Assembly: GCF_001945605.1 (NCBI RefSeq)
Contig: NZ_MPKA01000042.1
Location: 9,874 to 41,873 of the forward strand
Direction of reading: 5' to 3'
From: Dubosiella newyorkensis
Lineage (GTDB): Bacteria; Bacillota_I; Bacilli_A; Erysipelotrichales; Erysipelotrichaceae
DNA length: 32,000 nt
Shown: positions 1 through 10,850 of the stretch, in pieces
Layout: every line of letters begins with the position of its first letter
Numbering within the stretch: the stretch's first letter is position 1
Position numbers and translations under genes: made by a program
Notes under the pieces: model-generated
What the model saw: the letters and a program-made list of their open reading frames with translations, nothing else
Databases searched by the model: none
Told to the model about the DNA's origin: nothing

Positions 1-2
1 CC

Positions 3-605
3 CTTGCCCTCCAGATGAAAGAGGCCCTTGAAAAATATGGTTTGAAGGTCGAGCTGACGCGTGATGAAAATGGAGCTTTAAGCTACTATGGAAAAGAAGG
101 AAGAGTGGGAAAAGGTTATGAAAAAAAAGCGAAGCTTTTTATTGATCTGAGCATGTGTGATGAAGAATCGATCAATCGGCCTTTCCTTAAAGTCTCGCCT
201 TGGACGAACGCTTCCTTTGCCAATCAAATTGTTTACTTTATGGAAAAAGATGGGGTCGAGTTCGATTATCCATATTCTTCGAGCGATTTGTTGAATAGTG
301 GCGTGATCTTTGATTCTCTCTTGACCAATGATCAATACGAGCTGACAAATTATTCGATCGATCCGGCCTTAAGAGAAAGTGGCGGAAAAGCGACCTATGC
401 AGGACAGCTCAACGAATTGGGAAATCAGAGATACGCCAACGCCTATGGAATGAACGCCGTCGTTCTTGTTTATGCCAATATACAAAATCAAGATTCGATC
501 AACTATTTTAAACAAAACAAAGACTTGATCGTCCGCTCATTCGTCCAGGGGATCGCGTCTTATTACGATTTAAAGGAGGAACAGGATGAAACTGCAACTC
601 AATAA
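3..605 (+). CDS. Amidase_3-like cell-wall hydrolase homologue, C-terminal part (5' end lies outside the window)
   Basis: The frame is open to the window edge. The block order VELTRDEN / AKLFIDLSM / AVVLVYANIQNQDS / VQGIASYY parallels the CwlD/LytC-type amidase blocks (MTRxDD, SIHxNA, VExGFxSN, GIxxY). Confidence 0.45.
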   Translation, partial: LALQMKEALEKYGLKVELTRDENGALSYYGKEGRVGKGYEKKAKLFIDLSMCDEESINRPFLKVSPWTNASFANQIVYFMEKDGVEFDYPYSSSDLLNSGVIFDSLLTNDQYELTNYSIDPALRESGGKATYAGQLNELGNQRYANAYGMNAVVLVYANIQNQDSINYFKQNKDLIVRSFVQGIASYYDLKEEQDETATQ

Positions 606-2472
606 TGTCCACAAGTCCTATGGGGCTCAAGATGTATTGGATGGAGCCGATCTGCAAGTCAGAGGGAACGAAAAGATCGCTCTGATCGGGCGCAACGGAT
701 CGGGCAAAAGCACGTTGATGAAGATCATCACGAAAGAAGAAGAAATGGATTCTGGCTCTCTTGTCATGGAATCAGGACTTCAGGTCGGATATCTTTCTCA
801 AATCACTTTTGAAGATGAAGAAAAAAGCGTCCAAGAAGAGCTGATGAGCGTTTTCGATGATCTCATTCAGCTTCAAGCCCGATTAGAAAACCAGGCACTC
901 GTATTGGAAAAGGATCATTCCGAAAAGCAGTTGGATCTGTATGATCGACTCCAAAACCGCTTTGAAACTTTGGGCGGATATGATTATGAATACGAATTAA
1001 AAAATGTCTTTTTTCATTTTCAGTTTGAAGAGGCGGATCTGCACAAAAAATTGAAGGAGTTCTCGTCGGGTCAGCGAACGAGGATCGCTCTTGTCAAGCT
1101 GCTTTTGAGCAAGCCGGATATTTTATTGTTGGATGAACCGACAAACCATTTAGATATTGACTCGATCGAATGGCTCGAAAACTATATTAAACATTATCCA
1201 AACGCAGTCATACTCGTATCGCACGATCGAATGTTTATCGATCATGTCGTTGATGAGATCGTCGAACTAGAATTTGGAAAAACGACTCGATATGTGGGGG
1301 ATTATTCTCATTATATTCAAACGAAAGAAGAAAACTTAGCGAAAAATCATGCTGCCTATGTTCGCCAGCAAGAAGAGATCAAGCATATTGAATCGCTGAT
1401 CGAGAAATTCAGATACAAAAAAAACAAGGCCGCTTTCGCTCAATCGAAAATCAAATATCTCGACCGAATGGAAAAGATCGAGGATGTCAAAAAAGACCAG
1501 TCGATGATCAAAGCGAATTTTTCGAGCGCTAGAAAGGGCGGAAATCGAGTGTTGGAGGTGGAACAGCTTCAAATAGGCTATGATTCGATCCTTTCTACTG
1601 TGGATTTGAATGTGATGCGTCACGATCATGTTGGTATCGTAGGGCCCAATGGAATTGGAAAATCGACCTTGATCAAAACGTTGATGGAGCGTCTTCCGGC
1701 AAAAGGGGGGCATTTTCATTTTGGTCATCAAATCGATCTTGGCTATTTTGATCAAGATTTTGCGCAACTCAACTCCAATCAAAGTGTGATCGACACGCTA
1801 TGGGACGAGTATCCTGAACTCGATCAAACGGAGCTGCGAAACACGCTGGCGGCCTTTTTGTTTACGCAAGACGAAGTGTTCAAGGAAGTGAAAAGCTTGT
1901 CGGGAGGAGAAAAAGTCCGTCTTGCTTTAGCGCTTTTGATGCTTTCTCACGACAATGTCCTGCTTTTAGATGAACCGACAAATCATTTAGATATTCCTGC
2001 CAAAGAAGCGCTGGAAAAAGCGTTGAAAGATTATGATGGAACGATCTTGTTTGTTTCGCATGATCGAATGTTCTTGAAAAAGATGGCGACGCGGATCATG
2101 GAGATGGGAAAAGAAAGCCATGTCTATGAAATGGGCTACGAAGAATATATAGAAAAGAAAAAAGAAGGAACGCTTCCTAAACAGAATCAACAAAAAAAGG
2201 AAAGTCCGGAAATTAAAAACGAACCAAAGGAAAGAGCGCTCACATTCGCGCAAGAAAAAAACTATCGCAATCGCATCGCAAAATTAGAATCGCTTTTAGA
2301 AGAGGCAGAAAAAGATCTCGAGTCCTTACGGGAGCTTCGCTACGAACCAGAATATTATCAAGATTATCGAAAGATGGAAGAGCTGGATTCGCAGATCGAT
2401 GAAAAACACAATGAAATCGCAAACTATACGAAAGAGTGGGAAGAAAAGATGTTGGCACTAGAGGATAAATAA
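586..2472 (+). CDS. ABC-F family ATPase (tandem ABC cassettes, no TM domain, charged coiled-coil tail)
   Basis: Two Walker A motifs (GRNGSGKST, GPNGIGKST), two signature motifs (FSSGQRTR, LSGGEKVR) and LLLDEPTNHLD twice. SD AAGGAGGA lies upstream of ATG 586. Confidence 0.9.
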   Translation: MKLQLNNVHKSYGAQDVLDGADLQVRGNEKIALIGRNGSGKSTLMKIITKEEEMDSGSLVMESGLQVGYLSQITFEDEEKSVQEELMSVFDDLIQLQARLENQALVLEKDHSEKQLDLYDRLQNRFETLGGYDYEYELKNVFFHFQFEEADLHKKLKEFSSGQRTRIALVKLLLSKPDILLLDEPTNHLDIDSIEWLENYIKHYPNAVILVSHDRMFIDHVVDEIVELEFGKTTRYVGDYSHYIQTKEENLAKNHAAYVRQQEEIKHIESLIEKFRYKKNKAAFAQSKIKYLDRMEKIEDVKKDQSMIKANFSSARKGGNRVLEVEQLQIGYDSILSTVDLNVMRHDHVGIVGPNGIGKSTLIKTLMERLPAKGGHFHFGHQIDLGYFDQDFAQLNSNQSVIDTLWDEYPELDQTELRNTLAAFLFTQDEVFKEVKSLSGGEKVRLALALLMLSHDNVLLLDEPTNHLDIPAKEALEKALKDYDGTILFVSHDRMFLKKMATRIMEMGKESHVYEMGYEEYIEKKKEGTLPKQNQQKKESPEIKNEPKERALTFAQEKNYRNRIAKLESLLEEAEKDLESLRELRYEPEYYQDYRKMEELDSQIDEKHNEIANYTKEWEEKMLALEDK

Positions 2473-2474
2473 CT

Positions 2475-3092
2475 ATGAAATATGATTGGAAAAAAGAAGA
2501 GAAAATGTTTTATGGAGCGAAAATGAAACCAGAAGTGGTGGACGTTCCTTGTTTTAATTATATTTTGTTATCAGGTCATGGAGATCCCAACGAACCTCTC
2601 TTTTCGCAAAAAGTATCGACTTTGTTTTCTCTTGCCTATGCGATCAAAATGAACTATAAAAAGCAAACTCGTGATGATGAAATAGTTTCTGACTATGCTG
2701 TCTATCCGTTAGAAGGTCTTTGGAGTCTTTCTTCCAAACAGGAGCGGATAAACAAAGATGAACTGGAGTATACGATCATGATTCGGCAACCAGATTTCAT
2801 TACAGAAGAAATGGTGGATCAAGCGATCGAAAAAATCAAAAAGAAAAAGGACGATCCTTTTATTGACGATGTCGTCTTTGAGGCTATTTGCGATGGAGAA
2901 TGTGTTCAGATCCTTCATAAAGGTTCTTTTGACGATGAGCCAGCTTCTTTTGAAAAGCTAGATCAGTATTGCCAGGACCATGGATATAAAAGAATCAAAA
3001 ACCAGCATCGGGAGATCTATTTAAACGATAAGAATCGCACGAAAATAGATAATTTGAAGACGATCTTGCGGTATCCGATCATCAAGTCATGA
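2475..3092 (+). CDS. GyrI-like small-molecule-binding domain protein
   Basis: 205-aa ORF starting 2 nt after the ABC-F stop. The N-terminus (YDWKKEEKxFY ... PxxVDVPxxNYIxxxGxGDP) matches the GyrI-like/DUF family pattern from memory. Confidence 0.6.
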   Translation: MKYDWKKEEKMFYGAKMKPEVVDVPCFNYILLSGHGDPNEPLFSQKVSTLFSLAYAIKMNYKKQTRDDEIVSDYAVYPLEGLWSLSSKQERINKDELEYTIMIRQPDFITEEMVDQAIEKIKKKKDDPFIDDVVFEAICDGECVQILHKGSFDDEPASFEKLDQYCQDHGYKRIKNQHREIYLNDKNRTKIDNLKTILRYPIIKS

Positions 3093-3096
3093 AATT

Positions 3097-3120
3097 GAGC
3101 GGGAAACCGCTCTTTTTTTT
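3097..3120 (+). terminator. Intrinsic terminator after the GyrI-like gene
   Basis: gagcgg-gaaa-ccgctc hairpin followed by T8. Confidence 0.7.
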
Positions 3121-3121
3121 G

Positions 3122-3147
3122 AAAAAAAGAAGACCTTGCGATCTTCT
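3122..3147 (-). terminator. Intrinsic terminator after lepB (minus strand)
   Basis: agaaga/tcttct stem with an 8-nt loop. It is followed on the minus strand by T7. Confidence 0.5.
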
Positions 3148-3148
3148 G

Positions 3149-3769
3149 TTAGGAATAATAGCCAAATTCCTCGAATGGATAGAGGACCAAAAAGTCTTTG
3201 GCTAAGATTTGCGATTTTTTATAAGGGCCAGAATCTCTTGAATCCAAAGAGATCGGACGATTGTCGCCCATCAAAAAGTATTCATCCTCTTTTAAGGTGA
3301 CAGGATCGAAATTATAATTGAAATACCCGTTTTTCGCGAGCCAGTCTTTAGCGTAGTCATTATCGAGATAAGCGCTCTCATCCAACGCTTCGCCATTGAT
3401 ATACACTTGCTCGTCTTTGCATTCGATCGTCTCTCCCGGAAGAGCGATCACACGTTTAATCACTGTGGCCGGCTCTCCTTTTTCGGTCGTCGTTTTCGCC
3501 AAAACGATGTCGCCTCGAGAAATTCCATCCATCGCGACGCCGATCACATTGGATAAACCACGCTCTCCATTTTGAAAGTTTGGGTACATGCTTCTTCCTT
3601 GGATCAACGCGGGCTTGAATACGAAAGAGGTAAATAAAACGATGATGATCGAAACGATCAAAAATGTCGAAACGAAAGATAAGATATCTTCTAAGATCGT
3701 ACGCTCATCGTTTTCGTTATACCGATATTTCGTTTTTCTTCGAATTGTATTTTTCTTTTTTGAACTCAT
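3149..3769 (-). CDS. lepB: Signal peptidase I (S26 family)
   Basis: N-terminal TM segment, then S26 boxes GRSMYPNF, GDIVLAK, IKRVIALPGE and GDNRPISLDSR. SD GGAGA lies upstream. Confidence 0.9.
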   Translation of the reverse strand: MSSKKKNTIRRKTKYRYNENDERTILEDILSFVSTFLIVSIIIVLFTSFVFKPALIQGRSMYPNFQNGERGLSNVIGVAMDGISRGDIVLAKTTTEKGEPATVIKRVIALPGETIECKDEQVYINGEALDESAYLDNDYAKDWLAKNGYFNYNFDPVTLKEDEYFLMGDNRPISLDSRDSGPYKKSQILAKDFLVLYPFEEFGYYS

Positions 3770-3828
3770 ATCATATCTCCAGCCTTTATTCTATCAGTCC
3801 TGTCAAATGATGAAAACAAAGACGCCCC

Positions 3829-4542
3829 TTAGCGGTTCAAGGAGAATGCGGTAAATTTGAATTTATCATAGCGATGCCGGCAGAAAGAATATTCGAATGG
3901 CATCCCATTATCGAGATAGGCGATCTGCTCCACCACAAGAACAGGCTCAATATCCGAAAGGCCGAGCACTTCATGATCGAGATCGTTGGAGACGTCGGCA
4001 CGATTGGTTTGTTGGGCGCTAGCGATCTTTAAATTCAAATCGTGTTCAATATAATGATAAATCGAATGGTTCAACACATCCTCGTTGATTCCAGGAATCA
4101 AATTGACGGGCATAAATGTATGCTCGATCACAGTAGGCTCGCCATCATATAAGCGAAGACGTAAGATATCGTACACTGGATCGTTTTCCTTCAAATGGAG
4201 CGCTTGGGCCACATCGCTGGAAGCAAAGCTCAATTTAAATTCTAAGATCCTCGATTTAGCCAAGTGGCTTCTTGCTCGATCAAAACCACCTACCGGAATC
4301 TCTTCGATTTGGTAAGGGTCGTTGACCATTTGTTTATTCAGGACAAAACTTCCTTGTCCTTGTTTTCGAAAGATCTCACCTTCTTGAACGAGAAGATCTA
4401 AAGCTTTCTTGACTGTCATTCTTGAACAATCATAGATCTGACATAAAGAAAGCTCATCTGGAAGCTTGGCTCCAGGCCCATATTCACCATCATTGATCGC
4501 TTCTTTCAATTCTTCGTAGATCTTTTTATACTTTGCACTCAT
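3829..4542 (-). CDS. GntR/HutC-family transcriptional regulator (wHTH plus UTRA effector domain)
   Basis: N-terminal LPDELSLCQIYDCSRMTVKKALDLLVQEG wHTH and a ~150-aa UTRA-like C-terminus. It is divergent from a GH1 gene. Confidence 0.85.
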   Translation of the reverse strand: MSAKYKKIYEELKEAINDGEYGPGAKLPDELSLCQIYDCSRMTVKKALDLLVQEGEIFRKQGQGSFVLNKQMVNDPYQIEEIPVGGFDRARSHLAKSRILEFKLSFASSDVAQALHLKENDPVYDILRLRLYDGEPTVIEHTFMPVNLIPGINEDVLNHSIYHYIEHDLNLKIASAQQTNRADVSNDLDHEVLGLSDIEPVLVVEQIAYLDNGMPFEYSFCRHRYDKFKFTAFSLNR

Positions 4543-4567
4543 ACAATCACCCCATAGATTTCTATTT

Positions 4568-4605
4568 GTCTATATTATCTCAGAATTTCTAAAAAATGTA
4601 TAGAC
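4568..4605. promoter_or_regulatory. Candidate HutC-type operators in the gntR/GH1 divergent promoter region
   Basis: GTcTAtAT (4568-4575) and GTaTAgAC (4598-4605) fit the GT-N-TA-N-AC HutC-subfamily half-palindrome. They sit inside the inverted pair ATTTGTCTATA / TATAGACAAAT. Confidence 0.4.
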
Positions 4606-4652
4606 AAATTTTTTTTAAAAATATACAATATAGCCGAAAGAGGATAAATGAA

Positions 4653-6065
4653 ATGAAAGAAAAAATACAATTTCCAAAAGATTTTTGGTGGGGCGCAGCC
4701 ACTTCTGGCCCACAAAGCGAAGGCTGGTACGGAAAACGCCATGAAAACGTAATGGATTATTGGTACCGTGTACAAAGAAACGACTTCTTCAACGGAGTTG
4801 GACCAGATGTCGCAAGCGACTTCTACCATAAATATAAAGATGATTTCGCGATGTGCAGACAAATTGGAATGAATTCATTTAGAACGAGCATCCAATGGAC
4901 TCGTCTGATCAAAGATCTAGAAACAGGTGAACCAGATCCAGAAGGTGTTCAATTTTATAAAGATGTGATCGCGGAAGCGAAGAAAAATGGAATCATTCTC
5001 GTGATGAATCTGCATCATTTCGATATGCCGATCGAACTTCTTCAAAAATATGGTGGATGGGAAAGCAAGCATGTCGTTGAATTGTTCGCGAAATTTGCGA
5101 AAACTGCGTTTGAAGCGTTTGGAAACGATATCGAATATTGGACGACATTTAACGAACCAATGGTAATTCCAGAAGCGGGTTACTTGTATGGCTTCCATTA
5201 TCCAAAACTCGTCGGCAAAGGAAAAGAAGCAGTCCAAATCATTTTTAATATCAACTTGGCTTCGGCGATGGCGATCCAAGAATACCGTAAAATGCATTTG
5301 AATGGCGAAATCGGGATCATTTTGAACTTAACGCCTGCCTATCCAAGAAGCGACTCAAAAGAAGATTTAGATGCGGCAGCTTTCGCCGATGATTTCTTCA
5401 ACCGCTCGTTCTTGGATCCAGCCGTATTCGGAACCTTCCCAAAAACGCTCATCGAGATCTTGAAAAAAGACAATGTGCTTTGGGAAAGCGATGAAAAAGA
5501 ATTGGAAATCATCAAAAACAACACCGTGGATTTCATTGGTGTCAATTATTATCATCCAAAACGGGTCAAAGCCCCAGAAGCCGATCATTTCGAAAACTGG
5601 ATGCCTGACCGCTACTTTAGTGACTACGATATGCCAGGCAAACGCATGAATCCATACCGCGGATGGGAGATCTTCCCTAAAGCGATCTACGACATCGCAA
5701 AAAATGTCCAAGACAATTATGGAAACATTAAATGGTTCATTTCTGAAAATGGAATGGGTGTCGAAGGCGAAGAAAAATATCGGAAAGAAAATGGCGAGAT
5801 CGAAGACGATTATCGAATCGAATTCTATGAAGAGCATCTCGCGTGGCTCAATAAAGCGATCCAAGAAGGAAGCAACTGCTTTGGATACCACGCTTGGACA
5901 CCATTCGATTGCTGGAGCTGGAACAACGCCTACAAGAACCGTTATGGATTTATCGCTATCGATCTGAACGATCAAAAACGGACGATCAAAAAATCCGGAT
6001 ACTGGCTCAAAGACGTTGCCGACAACAACGGCTACGAATACGACACAGACAGTATCAAAGAATAA
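4653..6065 (+). CDS. Glycoside hydrolase family 1 (6-phospho-beta-glucosidase-like)
   Basis: FPKDFWWGAATSGPQSEG N-terminus, TFNEP acid/base motif and ISENGMG nucleophile motif. The start is moved to ATG 4653, which has SD AAAGAGGA. The upstream extension in the ORF track has no SD. Confidence 0.9.
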   Translation: MKEKIQFPKDFWWGAATSGPQSEGWYGKRHENVMDYWYRVQRNDFFNGVGPDVASDFYHKYKDDFAMCRQIGMNSFRTSIQWTRLIKDLETGEPDPEGVQFYKDVIAEAKKNGIILVMNLHHFDMPIELLQKYGGWESKHVVELFAKFAKTAFEAFGNDIEYWTTFNEPMVIPEAGYLYGFHYPKLVGKGKEAVQIIFNINLASAMAIQEYRKMHLNGEIGIILNLTPAYPRSDSKEDLDAAAFADDFFNRSFLDPAVFGTFPKTLIEILKKDNVLWESDEKELEIIKNNTVDFIGVNYYHPKRVKAPEADHFENWMPDRYFSDYDMPGKRMNPYRGWEIFPKAIYDIAKNVQDNYGNIKWFISENGMGVEGEEKYRKENGEIEDDYRIEFYEEHLAWLNKAIQEGSNCFGYHAWTPFDCWSWNNAYKNRYGFIAIDLNDQKRTIKKSGYWLKDVADNNGYEYDTDSIKE

Positions 6066-6081
6066 GAAAAGAGGAAAGATC

Positions 6082-7527
6082 ATGTTAAAACTCGATCCGA
6101 TCTTTAGTGATCATGCGCTTATTCAACATAGCGTTGAAAATACGATCAAAGGATGGGCCAGTCCCAACGAAACGATCCATGTCGTCTTTCATGAACGATC
6201 TTTCCAAACCATAAGCAATAAAGAAGGAGAGTGGTCGATCGTACTGCCTCCTTTTTTGCCAATATGGTCAACAGAATGCAAAGTTTATACGGAAAGAGAA
6301 ATGATCGAAATTCACGATATTGCGATCGGCGACCTCTATTTAGCGGCTGGACAATCCAACATGGAATATATATTGGAGGATGAAGCCAATTATCCAGGCT
6401 CAGCCAAAGACATGAAACCATTCCGCTTCTTGATCGTTCCGCCAGTCGAATACATCCAAAACGGACAAGAAGTCCCTTCATTTGAAAAGATGAATTGGAA
6501 AAACGCGACAATAGAGAACATCAAAACGCTTTCTGCCGTCTCGTTTTATGCGATCCAAGAAATCGCTAAAAAAACGAAGATCCCTCTAGGAATCGTGGGG
6601 TGCTATAAAGGAGGGACGAGCGCTTCCTGCTGGATCGATGAAGAAGTACTCAAACACAATGCGATCCTTAAAAAAGAATACTACGATACGTATTGGACCG
6701 ATATCAAAGACCAAAGTGAACAAGAAGAGGACCAAAAACGAAACGCCTACCAAGAAAAGCTGCAAGACTACACTCAAAAAGTCGAAGCATATCAAAAACA
6801 ATATCCAGATCGCTCTTTATCCCAGCTGAAACACGATCTAGGCCATACGCCATGGCCTGGACCGAAAGGAAACAAAGATTTTGGAAGACCTTCCGGCCTC
6901 TATCATACGATGTTTTCAAAAATCAAAGATCTATCGTTTAAAGCTGTTTGGTGGTATCAAGGAGAAGAAGACGCCAAACACGCGGATATTTACGCGATCT
7001 TGCTTGGAACACTGATCGATTCATGGCGCATCGATTTGCACGATTCGCTTCCATTCTTTCTCGTTCAGCTGCCCAACTATATAGAAACGACCTACCCAGA
7101 AACGTGGCCGATCTTGCGGGAAGCCCAAATGAAAAACGCCCGAGGAAAAGAAGATGTAGAGATCCTTTGCGCCTTGGATTGTGGAGATGACTATAATATC
7201 CATCCAATCGATAAGACAAAGATCGGAAAACGTCTTGGCCAACTAGTGCTGAAGACGCTTTATGATTTCAATGAGCTTATTTTGTTTCCGATCCTGAAAC
7301 GATGGAAGCGTGTCGATCAAGATATCGTTCTTGAATTTTCTAATATCGAAGACGGTACGATCCTTCTTGAAGTCGATGGGTTCGAACACGAGTATCGAAT
7401 CGAGGAAGGGAAGACCGTCGTTCCAAACGCGAAGCTAACGATCTCTTATGCGTATAAAAACAATCCTAAATCGCTCGTCATGCACAACGAGCTTCCGATG
7501 TTCCCATTCTATTTAAATGTTGAATAA
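6082..7527 (+). CDS. SASA-family carbohydrate (sialate-type) O-acetylesterase-like protein
   Basis: AAGQSNM serine motif, WWYQGEED block and an HP...D region near the C-terminus. ATG 6082 is preceded by GAGGAAAG. The ORF-track N-terminal extension overlaps the GH1 3' end. Confidence 0.75.
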   Translation: MLKLDPIFSDHALIQHSVENTIKGWASPNETIHVVFHERSFQTISNKEGEWSIVLPPFLPIWSTECKVYTEREMIEIHDIAIGDLYLAAGQSNMEYILEDEANYPGSAKDMKPFRFLIVPPVEYIQNGQEVPSFEKMNWKNATIENIKTLSAVSFYAIQEIAKKTKIPLGIVGCYKGGTSASCWIDEEVLKHNAILKKEYYDTYWTDIKDQSEQEEDQKRNAYQEKLQDYTQKVEAYQKQYPDRSLSQLKHDLGHTPWPGPKGNKDFGRPSGLYHTMFSKIKDLSFKAVWWYQGEEDAKHADIYAILLGTLIDSWRIDLHDSLPFFLVQLPNYIETTYPETWPILREAQMKNARGKEDVEILCALDCGDDYNIHPIDKTKIGKRLGQLVLKTLYDFNELILFPILKRWKRVDQDIVLEFSNIEDGTILLEVDGFEHEYRIEEGKTVVPNAKLTISYAYKNNPKSLVMHNELPMFPFYLNVE

Positions 7528-7534
7528 GCAAAAA

Positions 7535-7567
7535 ACTCTTTCTCGATTCATAGAAAGAGTTTTTTTT
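7535..7567 (+). terminator. Intrinsic terminator after the esterase gene
   Basis: actctttct / agaaagagt 9-bp stem followed by T7. Confidence 0.75.
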
Positions 7568-7616
7568 GACCTTGTATTTAGGGCTATATGGGTGTATATT
7601 TAATAGGCAAAAACAT

Positions 7617-7692
7617 TGGGGTATAGCCAAGCGGTAAGGCACCAGACTCTGAATCTGGCATTTCCTTGGTTCGAATCCAAGTACCCCAGCCA
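7617..7692 (+). tRNA. tRNA-Gln (anticodon CTG)
   Basis: TGGGGTA acceptor pairs with TACCCCA, followed by G and an encoded CCA. Anticodon arm is CCAGA-CTCTGAA-TCTGG and T arm is CTTGG-TTCGAAT-CCAAG. Close to E. coli tRNA-Gln2 from memory. Confidence 0.85.
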
Positions 7693-7705
7693 TTTGAAAA
7701 ATGCG

Positions 7706-7733
7706 GATACGAAGCGATTTCGTATCTTTTTTT
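7706..7733 (+). terminator. Intrinsic terminator after tRNA-Gln
   Basis: gatacgaa / ttcgtatc stem followed by T7. Confidence 0.7.
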
Positions 7734-7747
7734 ATAGCGAAAACAAT

Positions 7748-7772
7748 AAAAAACCGATCGAAGCGATCGGCT
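7748..7772 (-). terminator. Intrinsic terminator after the second GH1 gene (minus strand)
   Basis: ccgatcg / cgatcgg stem with T6 on the minus strand. It lies 20 nt past the stop at 7791. Confidence 0.6.
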
Positions 7773-7790
7773 TTTTCGTTTCTCGCAATT

Positions 7791-9260
<1,470 letters not shown>

Positions 9261-9359
9261 TTATTCTACTCTATTATTATAACTAATTTTGATTTTTTCT
9301 TGTAGGTTGAAAGGCTTGTTCTTTCGTTATAAGATAGAATGACGAAAGGATGAGAATCT

Positions 9360-10829
9360 ATGAAAAAAACGCGCACCCGTTTTGCTCCAAGCCCTACGGG
9401 ATATATGCATATTGGAAACTTAAGAACAGCCTTGTTCGAATATTTGATCGCCAAGCATGATCATGGCGATTTCCTTCTGCGCATCGAAGACACAGACCAA
9501 GAACGTCAAGTCGAAGGTGCTGAAGAAATGATCTATAAAACATTGAAAGAATGTGGATTGAACTGGGATGAAGGACCTGACATTGGTGGAGATTTCGGAC
9601 CATACATTCAAAGCGAACGACTTCCTATGTACAAAGGCTATGCCGAAGAGCTCGTCAAGCTTGGAGGCGCCCATTATTGTTTTTGTTCGGAAGAAGAGAT
9701 CCAAGCCCAAAGAGAAGAGGCCGAAAGCTTAGGCGCATCTTTTAAATTCGAAGACCCATGCAAGCATCTCTCCCAAGAAGAGCTCCAAGCTAAATTGGAC
9801 GCGAAGGAACCATATGTGATCCGTCAAACGATCAAGAACGTAGGTGAAACATCGTTTGATGATGAAGTCTATGGTCATATCGAATTTGATGGCGACTTGC
9901 TCGACGAACAGATCTTATTGAAATCGGATGGTTTTCCAACCTACAACTTCGCCAACATCATCGACGACCATCAAATGCAGATCTCCCATGTCGTTCGAGG
10001 AAACGAGTATTTATCCAGTACGCCAAAATACAATTTGATCTATGACGCCTATGGGTGGGAAAGACCAACCTATGTTCATGTGCCGCCAGTCATGAAGGAC
10101 GAGCACCATAAACTTTCCAAACGCAATGGCGATGCCAGCTTCCAGGACCTTGTCGCCAAAGGCTATTTACCAGAAGCGATCATCAATTACTTAGCGCTTT
10201 TAGGCTGGTCGCCAGAGACAGAACAAGAAATCTATTCGCTTCCAGAATTGATCAAAGAATTCAAAGTTTCCCGCATCTCGAAAAGTCCAGCGATCTTCGA
10301 TATCGATAAGCTGACTTGGATGAACGGTTTGTATTTACGCAACATGGATGAAGAGACCTACTACGAAACAGTGCGTCCATATTTAGAAAAAGCGATCCAA
10401 AACGACTATGATCTCAAACAGATCGCCAAGATCATTCAGCCTCGTATCGATCATCTTGAACAAATCGAAGAAGCCGTCGACTTTTTCGATGTTCTTCCTG
10501 ACTACGATTTGCAGATGTACAAACATAAAAAGATGAAGACGACCCTTGAAATCGCTTTGAAGTCCTTGAAAGCTGTCGAGGAAGAATTGAGCGCATTGTC
10601 CGATTGGTCAAGCGAACAAGTGATCCATGACACGCTTCTTGCCCTTCCAAAAAAGATGGAAATGAAAAATGGACAAGTGCTCTGGCCAGTGCGCACCGCT
10701 TTGACAGGAAAACAATTCACCCCAGGAGGCGCGATCGAGATCGCCTATATTCTAGGGAAAGACGAATCATTGAACCGGATTCGTACAGGAATCGAACGCC
10801 TTGTGAAAGAATTAGAATCGGCTAAATAA
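9360..10829 (+). CDS. gltX: Glutamate--tRNA ligase
   Basis: RFAPSPTGYMHIGNLRTAL (HIGH region) and KLSKRNG (KMSKS region), at the typical ~490-aa length. Confidence 0.95.
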   Translation: MKKTRTRFAPSPTGYMHIGNLRTALFEYLIAKHDHGDFLLRIEDTDQERQVEGAEEMIYKTLKECGLNWDEGPDIGGDFGPYIQSERLPMYKGYAEELVKLGGAHYCFCSEEEIQAQREEAESLGASFKFEDPCKHLSQEELQAKLDAKEPYVIRQTIKNVGETSFDDEVYGHIEFDGDLLDEQILLKSDGFPTYNFANIIDDHQMQISHVVRGNEYLSSTPKYNLIYDAYGWERPTYVHVPPVMKDEHHKLSKRNGDASFQDLVAKGYLPEAIINYLALLGWSPETEQEIYSLPELIKEFKVSRISKSPAIFDIDKLTWMNGLYLRNMDEETYYETVRPYLEKAIQNDYDLKQIAKIIQPRIDHLEQIEEAVDFFDVLPDYDLQMYKHKKMKTTLEIALKSLKAVEEELSALSDWSSEQVIHDTLLALPKKMEMKNGQVLWPVRTALTGKQFTPGGAIEIAYILGKDESLNRIRTGIERLVKELESAK

Positions 10830-10850
10830 AGCCGATTCTTTTAAGATACT

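Noticed and set aside
4575-4862. 95-aa minus-strand ORF spanning the gntR/GH1 intergenic region and the GH1 5' end
   Set aside because: It overlaps the promoter/operator region and the GH1 start, and has no SD or domain.
5367-6083. 238-aa minus-strand ORF (and the smaller 4917..5297 and 5339..5545 ORFs) inside the first GH1 gene
   Set aside because: They are fully antisense to a CDS with unmistakable GH1 motifs. They have no SD and a low-complexity, Phe/Val-rich composition typical of shadow ORFs.
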